Of a stretch of DNA of 64,000 nucleotides, positions 1 through 9,889 are shown one piece after another. The translations under genes were made by a program, and so were the position numbers. This DNA comes from Moniliella sp. 'wahieum' (lineage: Eukaryota). The notes beneath the pieces were generated by a model, which ran no database searches, had not been told where the DNA came from, and was given only the letters and a program-made list of their open reading frames with translations. The stretch covers positions 1-64,000 of the forward strand of contig RSEE01000121.1 in assembly GCA_003971905.1 (NCBI GenBank), in the 5' to 3' direction. Each line of letters starts with the position of its first letter. The stretch's first letter is position 1.

Positions 1-60
1 AACCCTAACCTAATCCCTAACCCTACCCAAACCCTACCCAACCCAACCCGCCCTAACCCT
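1..60 (+). repeat. Telomere-like degenerate (CCCTAA)n / CCCTAC / CCCAA tract at the window start; probable left chromosome end
   Basis: AACCCTAACC TAATCCCTAA CCCTACCCAA ACCCTACCCA ACCCAACCCG CCCTAACCCT. The C-rich strand at the 5' end is the orientation expected for a left TTAGGG-type telomere. Only ~12 nt lie outside the subtelomeric module. Confidence 0.7.
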
Positions 61-1300
61 AGGGGAGGGCCGAGGGTAGATAGCGAGCTACCCGAAGGGG
101 AGAGAGTTATGCCGAGGCGATAGCTCGCTAGGAAATCGTCCGCTCTATGCAGCATATGGCCTCCGTTCTCGATTGGACGCACCGTTGACAAGTTACACCC
201 ACCCATCCCTAACCCTACCACCCCGACCCACCCCACCCACCCTCCGATGGCCTCGACGATAGCTCGCTATAAAATCGTCCGCTCTATGCAGCATATGGCC
301 TCCGTTTCTCGATTGGACGCACCCTTGACAAGTTACACCCACCCATCCCTAACCCTACCCAACCCTACCCAACCCAACCCGCCCTAACCCTAGGGGAGGG
401 CCGAGGGTAGATAGCGAGCTACCCGAAGGGGAGAGAGTTATGCCGAGGCGATAGCTCGCTATAAAATCGTCCGCTCTATGCAGCATATGGCCTCCGTTTC
501 TCGATTGGACGCACCGTGACAAGTTACACCCACCCATCCCTAACCCTACCCAACCCTACCCAACCCAACCCGCCCTAACCCTAGGGGAGGGCCGAGGGTA
601 GATAGCTCGCTACCGAAGGGGAGAGAGTTATGCCGAGGCGATAGCTCGCTACCCGAAGGGGAGAGAGTTATGCCGAGGCGATAGCTCGCTACCCGAAGGG
701 GAGAGAGTTATGCCGAGGCGATAGCTCGCTACCCGAAGGGGAGAGAGTTATGCCGAGGCGATAGCTCGCTACCCGAAGGGGAGAGAGTTATGCCGAGGCG
801 ATAGCTCGCTACCCGAAGGGGAGAGAGTTATGCCGAGGCGATAGCTCGCTACCCGAAGGGGAGAGAGTTATGCCGAGGCGATAGCTCGCTACCCGAAGGG
901 GAGAGAGTTATGCCGAGGCGATAGCTCGCTACCCGAAGGGGAGAGAGTTATGCCGAGGCGATAGCTCGCTACCCGAAGGGGAGAGAGTTATGCCGAGGCG
1001 ATAGCTCGCTACCCGAAGGGAGAGAGTTATGCCGAGGCGATAGCTCGCTACCCGAAGGGGAGAGAGTTATGCCGAGGCGATAGCTCGCTACCCGAAGGGG
1101 AGAGAGTTATGCCGAGGCGATAGCTCGCTACCCGAAGGGGAGAGAGTTATGCCGAGGCGATAGCTCGCTATAAAATCGTCCGCTCTTTGCAGCATATGGC
1201 CTCCGTTTTCCCATCCGACGCACCGTTGAGAAGTTACACCCACCCATCCCTAACCCTACCCACCCCGACCCACAACACCCACCCTCCGATGGCCTCGACC
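13..1300. repeat. Modular subtelomeric repeat (modules B, C, A reshuffled in tandem)
   Basis: Module C (~100 bp, GATAGCTCGCTA...CCATCCCTAACCCTACC) at ~119-219, 259-359, 450-550 and 1159-1260. Module B (CAACCCTACCCAACCCAACCCGCCCTAACCCTAGGGGAGGGCCGAGGGTA) at ~28, 360 and 551. Module A (CACCCCGACCCAC...GATGGCCTCGAC) at ~220-258 and 1261-1299. Confidence 0.9.
601..1170. repeat. 40-bp tandem minisatellite, 14 units
   Basis: Unit ATAGCTCGCTACCCGAAGGGGAGAGAGTTATGCCGAGGCG, with 15 TAGCTCGCTA motifs from 603 to 1161. Two units are 39 bp; the rest are identical. Confidence 0.97.
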
Positions 1301-1699
1301 GAGTACGACACCAAGGTTGAGCTATGCCCCAAACGACACCGAATATGGCGTCTGCCAGCTAGATCAGGAGGTGTGCTGAAAAAAAATATTTTTGCGTTGG
1401 GTGGTGGTGGTAGGTGGTGGGGACGGCCTTCCGGGTGGTGGTGGCGGCGGCGGGCGGCGGGCGGCGGCGGCGTTGCTATTTAATTAATGCCTGTCACCGT
1501 TGGGCGGTCACGGGTCAGGCCGGCGGGACGGAGCATCGTCACGTCAGGCCTGTCAGCGGTCGGGAGTCAGCGATCGCAAATAGGATCCGTACCAACTGTA
1601 GGCTGGAAACAAATAGAAATCGACACTAGTGTCAAATTGCATTTGTGGCCGTCAAATAATCGATCAGCCATACCAACTGTATCACTGAACATACGTCTA

Positions 1700-1900
1700 G
1701 GATTGAGGGGGCACCTTGAAGCAGTGTGGTCGGTGGTGACGCAAGGGGGGCACCGGCGGTGAGTACGGGTAGGGGCATTTTAAGTGGATGGAGGGACGCG
1801 TCGACGCGACTCTGTCATATGCCCGATACTTGGCGCAGCCAGCCCCCAGCCGTCACGTGCAGGTCAGGTCGGCGGGCAGTAGGGTTGCACATTTTCTTTG
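1700..1900 (+). repeat. Dispersed repeat, copy 1 (subtelomeric)
   Basis: GGGGCACCGGCGGTGAGTACGGGTAGGGGCATTTTAAG...GGAGGGACGCGTCGACGCGACTCTG...CATATGCCCGATACTTGGCGCAGCCAGCCCC...GCAGTAGGGTTG is nearly identical to 48297-48490. Confidence 0.9.
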
Positions 1901-3284
1901 CACCCTCGCATATAGAACTAAGAGATTAGACGCGGGGCACGCAACGGCAGTGATCGATGATCTGTCTCAGTTCTGGATGCTATGTCTCAGTGAGCGCTCC
2001 CGCCAGCAGTCCGCGTCGTTAGAATCAGCTATTTGTCTCAACCAGCGCACCAGGCGGCAATTGTATGTCTCAGGGCGCGCACCAGGCTACAGTTGACCGT
2101 CTGAGCGGTCGCACCGGGATTGTACGAGTTGATTCTTATCGAGCGGTTACCCCTTCGCCAAATCATTAACATTCCGACTCTGGGAGCGCCGTCCTGACTA
2201 TGATACCAGTGGCAGAGATCTCAGCGATGGTATCCCCAGCCAAATCGCTAGGAGCTCTTCGGCCGGGGGTTCGTGTTGCTCAACAGCGAAGGGATCTTGT
2301 TTGAGGGTGTTCCTAACCCCGCCCCCCCTCCGCCGCTTGGCGCACATTCCAGGAAGCCAGGCTGACAGGTCCAGCACGAGTGACAAGAAGAACATACTTG
2401 CGGAGCAATGCATATCATGGACAGGGCTTAGGCCTTAGCGCTCAAGGCTGGGACAAAGAGGTGCGACTTGGCACTACTTGATCCATTGCATTTGACAGGA
2501 AGTTAATAATGTCTGAGATCCATTTCGATTAGTCGTACTGATGTAGTACCAGCCCCGGTGAGACATGAATACAGCTCGAGCTGTACATTGCCTCCGTGAC
2601 CGCACCGTTTTTTGTTCACGGAGAAGGAGTAGAGCCAAATCCATTCGTACGGATTGATCCGAGCGTTCGTAATTGGATCGCCCCCTCCATCACCATTTCC
2701 ATGCAGTGTGCTACTCTTTGCGCTCCTCTTACGCGCGGCCGATAAAGCGCCCTGCCTTCAATCATGTCTCGCTCGCCGGCCTACCAAGACACGGCACCCA
2801 AACTCGTACCCACATACTTCGCAAACGCGCTCTCTCTTTCTCTCTCTCTCCCTTTCTCTCTCTCTCTCTCTGCCCTCTCCCACACCGATGCGTCTCGGAC
2901 AGTTGGACCACAACCAGATGAGACAATTAGACACGATGCATGGCTGCGAGCAAGGTACGCACGGGCAGGACAGCGGGAAAGTACAAAGTACAACGAAAAG
3001 AAAAGACAAGGGAACGCCCAGGTGCCCAGGGTGCCCAGGTGCCCAGGGTGCAAAGCCAACCCAACCGATCCCATGCTCCAAACCTCCAACAAACAACTCG
3101 ACGGGCGCAAAACGAAAAGGCGACTCGGGAGGGTAGGGAGGGGGGTGGTGGTGTTTGGTGTGTCGGTGCACGGGGCCCACAAGGGTATACCCTCAAGATG
3201 CGGGTGTAGATACGTACCCCTCCCCCCCCGCCCCAGCGAAAGGAATAGGAATAGGAGCTAGCCATAGAGCAGCTCCTGGATGAG

Positions 3285-6200
3285 TCATAACTCTTCGTCT
3301 TCGTCTTGCATTTGGGAGCTGACAGGCAAAAAAAAACCAAACACAAACCAAAAACGTTAGATCAACCTCTACGTTTGGCACTGTACCAAAGGGGAGAATG
3401 GAACCGGGGAGAAAGAGCACGAGCAAGGTGGGAAGCAAGGGGGGGAGGAAGGAAGGAAAGAGGGGAGGAAGGAAAGAAAGGAGGAAGAGTACATACGGTT
3501 TAAGCATTCCAGGGATCTTAGCTGCTTCTTCTTGTTCGGCCCTGACTTTAGCCTCCTTGTCATCTTCCAGCAGGTCGGCATTGTCCGACAAACTGCCCGA
3601 CTGTTCGCGCGAGGTGATGAGAAAGTCTCGCACCAGGGTACGGTACTTATTGATGTCCCCGGCTTGCTGGCACAGACCCGTGACGAACTGCTCAATGTAC
3701 ACCCTGCACACAAACAAGCCAACATCGATAACGAAAGGTAAGCATCCAGCATCCCACTCCTTCCCACCAAGCCAAGCCAAGCCAAGCCACGCCAAGATAA
3801 AAACAGGGGGAGGGGGGGAGGAAGGAAAGCCTGAACTGGATACGCACGGTTCAACATTAGGAAACGCATTAGTCAAGAGTTGAGCTGTGTACTGGCGAAT
3901 GTAGAGTTGGTTCGTGGCGCCTGCTTCGGGCGGTACGGTTTCCGACGCCGACCAAAGTGGTACATCGACCTTATCCTTCTCGATCAACTCAAAGATCTTG
4001 GCGAGCACAGCGCACTGTAACTTGAATCCGCTCTTGTGTTCCGTGTCGGTCATGACGGAGAACATGTCCTGCATAATGGGGAGCAAATAAGTTTGGTAAA
4101 ACACAGAGGCAAAGCTTGGGTCGGCTTTGGACGCCACGTTGCGCAAGAGGTCGTACAAGATGGTCAATCCGACCTCGGAAATGTCGCGCATAGTGTGCTT
4201 GATGGCCCACATGATGCTGTCCATAGTCAAGCGGAACTGGTCCGTCTCGAGCCCCAAGAGCGCAGGGAAACATTTCACGTTGATCGCGCGCAGCAGACGG
4301 AAAAAGCCCACGCGGTGCTCGGGGAACTCACTAAAATCATTCGAGATCATACTGAGTGTCGGGCCAAACACTGCCTCGAGCATCGGTGGGATTTGCTCGT
4401 TCAACAACGGTCCTAAACACGTCACGATCGTCGCCATCGTATTGAGTACTTCGGCCTCCCGTGCCGCAGGCGCATTGTCCCGATAGTCCAGCAGGATCGC
4501 ATCGAGCAACGACGGAATCACATTCGCGTGCACATACGCTTGGTCTGTCGTGCGCATCACAAACGTCTCGACCAACCGCAGAATCTCCTTTTGATCGTAC
4601 GCAGTAAGCGTACATGTACCGTCTTGGTCGCCAGCAGCCCATCGTTCAGCACCTTGAAACTAATCAACCCACTCACCGTCTTGTACACCTCGAGCGTCGC
4701 CACATGGTTTCGCTCCACCTGCGGGAGGAACGCGCCGCCCGCCGAGGTACAGGCAGCAACATTGGTTTTGAGCACGTTGGCAAGCACCTTGAGTTGCTGA
4801 TCATTGTCAAACACGGGCGTGTTGGCGTTGGCCTGGGCAATAATCTCGTCCCACGCCGTGTTGGGCACTTGCATCAGTTGGAAAATGAGTTTTTCCTGTG
4901 CGGTACGGTTGGGTTGGGCCGAAATCATGTACCCCACCGCCTCGTAAAACGTACACACTTGTTGTGGGGACAAATCCGCCGTCGTGACTGGCAAGACGCG
5001 TAGAATCTCCTCAATAAACGGCTCGGGCTCCCCCGCTTGGAACATGACAAAGTGCCGCCGACACTTTTGCGCAATCTTGAGAAAGGTATCGCACGCCATG
5101 TCCTGCACGCCTTCGTGGGTTTCGTGCATAAACTCAAAGTTCTTATTCACCACCGTCTTGAGGAACTTCCAATGCGTCTTGAGGAAGCGAGGATACTGGC
5201 CCACAATGTACATAATGTTGGACGCCACCACGGCCTTGTTATCTTTCCCGCGCTTCTTTTCGCACAGCCCCAGCAAGTCCTTGATGACCGTGACCAAGAA
5301 CCGCGTCTCGGTCTCTTCCGACATGGCACCCGAGATGGACCCAATGGCCCAACAGAGCGTGTTGAGTTGGTTCCAGCCCCATTCCGTCCCATCCACTTGC
5401 CGCGCCAACTTCTCCGTCATGATGTTTTCCGTGTCGAGCATATCGAGGTGCGTGAGGTAGACCAACACTTCGCGCATCGTTTTGTAAATCACCAACGCAT
5501 CACTCTCCTTCATAAACTCACGCACAATCTCCCCTTCCTCATTCTCCACAATCAACACTTCTTCCGGTTTGGCCATGCGCTCAATCATGACCAAGCGCAA
5601 GTTGGACAGCACGGACGCGTACCCGAATTTGCGTAACGGCGGCCCACCATTGTTGGGGTTCCCACTGCCCAACCCATTGCCCGTAATCACGTACCGACCA
5701 TTGACGATCATAGGGTAAAACCCATCCACCCGACACTCTTCCGAGAAGAGCTGGCGCACAAACTTGAGCCAGTACTCGAGACAGATCCGGAACACTTCTT
5801 TTTCCGGCACGCGCGTGATCTGGATCAGGTAAGCATGTGCACGTAGCAGCAACTCCCAGTGCTGCGTGTCTTGCTCCACCGCGTGCAGGTGAAGCGACAG
5901 GAAATTGCAAATGAACAGCGCCAAATTTAACGTCATCTCCTGCTCTTCGTCCGAACTGTCGGCATACACCGCTGCCAAATCGACCGAGGGCGGAATCATG
6001 CGCGTAATCGCTCCCATCACCACCTCAAACAGAACGAGAAACTTGGGCTCGTACTCGGGAATGCTCAATGCAGCCACCTCCGAAAGACACTTGAGCGTAA
6101 TGTTGCGGAACTCGGGCACCTCGAGAAACTGCAAGTCGAGCGATCGTCAGTGTCAGTCACAGTCTCACCCTCGTTTCCCGTGCCGCATCCGCATCTGCAT

Positions 6201-7125
6201 CTGCATCTGCACCTGGTATAGGTATCGGTACAGAGAGGCGCAGCAAGAATGCGTGGAACGTACCCTGGACAAAAGCGTATCAATGATGGTCGTTTCAAAG
6301 ATGAACCCGATCGGCATCCAGCCCAAGAAGCGCAACGTAGTTTCGAGTGTAGCCTTGATCAAGCTAGGTTTCTGAGCCTTCTCAAGTACCTGGGAGCAAA
6401 GCATAAACACCTCACTAAACTCGGCACACATCTGCCGCTTCAACGTCTCGGTCTTGGCATGCGTCATCTGCTCCGCACTAAAGTCAAACACTTCCTCCGA
6501 CAGCAGTCGTAAGATGGCCATGTTGTTCTCGCAAATCGGTAAACTCGCCTTGGACGACGCGACGATCTCAGAGATAAAGTTGGGCCACTTGTGCGGCCAC
6601 TCTTGCTTCAGGATCTGGGCAGAGAACAGAGGAGCACAGCCAGGTCAGGCAAGGGCCAGCGCAGAGTGAGCCGGACAGTGGGGGGAGACGTACCTCGATC
6701 AGCGTCATGTCGAGCTTGTTAATGTACGTTTTTTGGCGGCGGAGGTTGCTCTCGTCACTGGACTCGCTGATGATGGTTTCGACGATAAAGTTGCGGATGC
6801 CTGTGGGTGGGGGTGGGGAGGGAGTTAGACAGCAGGGAGAGAGAACACCCGAGAGATACATACCTTGCTGCTGGTCGGCCGGGAGGGTCTTCCAACGAGT
6901 GGCGATGAGGCGATCCAAGATCTGGAGGGCAAGGTACTTGGATTCGTTGCGAGAAGACTGCTGGAGGATAGCCGGGACGCGCTGCCAGGCATCGGGGTGC
7001 TGCTGGAACTGAGCCAGGAGCAGCTGGGCGTCACGCTGGGTGGCGCCAGAGCCCGTGTACATGGCAGCCACGACGGCGTCCAGCGCGCCCAGGTCCAGGT
7101 CGCGGCCAAAGTCGAGGATGTCCAT
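3285..7125 (-). CDS. CRM1: Exportin-1 (CRM1/XPO1), 6 exons, one apparent frameshift near 4590
   Basis: Motifs MDILDF...QFQQHPDAW, ILKQEWPHKW, RMAKPEEVLIVENEEGEIVRE, LNTLCWAIGSISG, DLLGLCEKKRGKDNKAVVASNIMYIVGQYPRFL and FPEHRVGFF, ending IPGMLKPSQMQDEDEEL*. GT-AG introns at 6801-6863, 6615-6693, 6129-6263, 3704-3847 and 3319-3496. Confidence 0.97.
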
Positions 7126-7528
7126 GGTGGTGACGATGGCGGTGGCGGTGGCGATGGCGGTGGCGGTGGCGATGGCGGTGGCGATGGGGGTGGCGATGGC
7201 AGTGGCGATGGCGGGAGCGGTGGCCTCGCCCGGCCAGCATCCAGGCCGGATGCAAGGGGGCTGCACGCGTGCTGCACGGGGGCGCTGTGCTCGCGCGTGC
7301 GCTGCTGGTTTCAAATTGCATCGCCGTGAGGATTGCATAGTGAACGTTTGAACGTTCAACGCGACGTACGCACGTGCCCCCGGGGGGGGGGCGGGTGGTT
7401 ACCTAACCACTGTCGTGTGTCGCGTGCTATTGGGTTTTTTGGCCTACATCCAACATGCCTCGAGCATCTATCATGCAGCTAGTATGTAGTACTACCCATG
7501 GCCAGTGAATTGCACAACCCATCCACTC

Positions 7529-8758
7529 TCACGCGCCGTTCTGCGCCGCATCCACCTCGCGGCCAAACGTCAGGCCGTACCCGACCGCACCCGCGCCCGC
7601 CTCGAGCGCAGGCCACGACACGCCGGCCGTCGCCTTGGCCAGCACGATTTCCGTCTTGAACTTGCCGATGGTGTAGTGCGATGCAGCCGGGTCGACCGGG
7701 GCAAACGGCAGCAGTGTGCGCTGCACCCGCCGACGCACATTCGGTCGTCCCGCCACCGCAGGCAACCATAAGTCCACCTCTACCTTTTCTGCGCCAATCG
7801 TGATCTCCGACTCGGGCGGCGGCGCTGCCCCGCGCGCATACACACTCACAAATACTTTGTCGGGCGTCTCGTAGTGGTCCACCCGTGCGTCCACCTTCTC
7901 GTACGCCTCGGACCCTCGGGCGCAGCGCCCACGTACAGATGCCCATGCGACGACGTGGTGCATGGAGGAATCTTGAGGAAATCGTCAAAGTCCAGCACCT
8001 TGCGCTTGCAACACGACCAGCCCTGCAGCCACACAAAAGAAAAAGAAAAACATCCGTCCCGTCTGTCGTCAGTCTCCCGCTGCAGCAGCCATAACCAACT
8101 CAATGTCAATGTAGGGGAGTACCATACGCACCTTGGAGCCTTCATGGAAGATGGGGGTTCCCTTATGGTACAAGCACGTCTCTTTCGAGCGCACCCGTCG
8201 GCCCGAATCCGCTTCGGTTTCCGAACTGGCAAACCGATGGCCACACCCGGGCCGGAGACACGTACTTCCCTCGACCACTGCGCCCGGCTCATCCGCCTCG
8301 GCCGGGTCCTGCGGTTCGGGCAGTTCAGGCTTGGGGCCCTGCGCCTGCGCACGCTGCGCAGCACTCAAGCTAGCTCCAGCCAAGGGCTGGGTAACCGGCT
8401 GAGCAAGCGTCGGTTTGGTACCCGGTTGAGGTGCAGCGCCAGCACCTGCACCTGCACCTGCAGCGCCATACACTTCTTTCCCATCGGGCGTGACGTGGGA
8501 CGCACTGGCTTGGCTGGCGGCAGGCTTGGATGCCGTAGGAAGGACTTGCTTCTCGGTCGTGTGGGCGGGGGCAGTGGTGCACCCGGGTATGGCTAGGAAC
8601 TGGTCAAATTCCAGCACGGGCTTGTTCACTTCCTTGCAGCAGGACCACGATTTGAGCCCTTCGTGGAACACGGCCGTACCGGGGTGGTACACGCACGCTT
8701 CCCCCGGCCCGGACGGATCAAAGTCGGCGCCACAGCCGCGACGTGTGCAGGTGACCAT
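7529..8758 (-). CDS. CHORD-CHORD-CS domain protein (Hsp90 co-chaperone, CHP-1/Rar1-like)
   Basis: Two CHORD repeats (CTRRGCG...CVYHPGTAVFHEGLKSWSCC; CLRPGCG...CLYHKGTPIFHEGSK|GWSCC) followed by a CS-like domain (RVDHYETPDKVFVSVY...KTEIVLAKA...W). Intron at 8023-8131 and a frameshift near 7915. Confidence 0.92.
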
Positions 8759-9889
8759 GACGACGATTGGGATGGAGGTGGTGGGTGCGGGTGCTGATGG
8801 GCAGCTCGTGTCGTGTGCAATGCATCCTATTCAATGCCAATGCTAATCCCATCCCAGCCCTCGGGCCGCTTCTGGAAGAGCGTAGAAAGGCCGCTTACCT
8901 AACCCACCACGCACGGCGCCAGTGCCCACCGCCCACCCCGCCCCACCCGCCGACGCCCATCACGTGAGCGGCTGCTCGTCCCCTCCACGTCATCCCACCG
9001 ATCCAATCCTCCGTCAAGTCATCCTTCAGTTGAAGTTGAAGTTCACCCGTGGGGTCACGTGTGAGATGGGAGATGGGAGATGTGTTGACTGGGGGAAGCA
9101 GGATCCGTCGGGGTGGAGAAGAACCCTCTGATGTCCACGTCGCCATATATTGCCCCGAATAGTCGACACACCCTTAGCTAGATCTCGATGGTTAACGTCA
9201 TTGTTCGGTGTCACACCACCACTGGTGCTAGGTAATAACCGCGTAGGAGCGCCCACCACGTTGCGTCGCGAGTACGCGCGGTCTACGCGGACCTTTCTCA
9301 CATCTCACGCCCAGAGAGCGAGCGAGGGCGTGCGAAAAGCAACTACGACAGTACCTAGTAAGCGCGGAATATGCACATGCAATACGCCTCAAGTCATGAC
9401 TGACTAGGACTGAACTGAAGTCTGAGAAAAGGGGGATCCAACCGTCACTACTCACTGCGTTACACCGTCACAGGAAGAGAGAGAGAAAACAAAACGTATT
9501 GGGGGGGGGGGGTTGTATCGACGTCATCAAGGGGGGCACGGTTACCCTTGGTTTGCCAGGTAAGCAAACGGGGAGAGAGAAGGCAGCATCCGGCCGGTAC
9601 ATGGTGCAGCAGATTAAATCCAAATCCGCATTGCTGCATCTGACCGTCGCCTGTTGTGGTCCGTTTGGTAGCGGCCAAAAGGGAATAGGGAATACGAGGG
9701 GGAAAGAGACAAAGGGGGTGTATCCCCCGCCCCGCGTGCCCAACTGCTACACACCAAACCGGTGGCACATGTCACAATGGTGCCAATACGTTGGTAGCGG
9801 AAGGAGGGTGGGGGGGGGGGGGTAGGTAGAAACAAACAAAACCTTGCTGTTATTGTTGTCGTTGTTTTGTTTGGGGGAGGGGGATTCTT

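Noticed and set aside
601..1170. CRISPR array
   Set aside because: The units are contiguous and identical with no unique spacers, there are no cas genes, and the context is eukaryotic.
1..1300. Hammerhead or twister ribozyme in the terminal repeats (as in Penelope-like elements or retrozymes)
   Set aside because: There is no CUGANGA core on either strand. CCGCCCUAACCCUAGGGGAGGG resembles the outer part of a twister but lacks the catalytic junction; it is a CCCTAGGG palindrome.
9590..9660. Hairpin GCAGCA...TGCTGC downstream of the OPT gene as a TPP riboswitch or snRNA
   Set aside because: It lacks the conserved TPP aptamer core and has no recognisable snRNA or snoRNA motifs.
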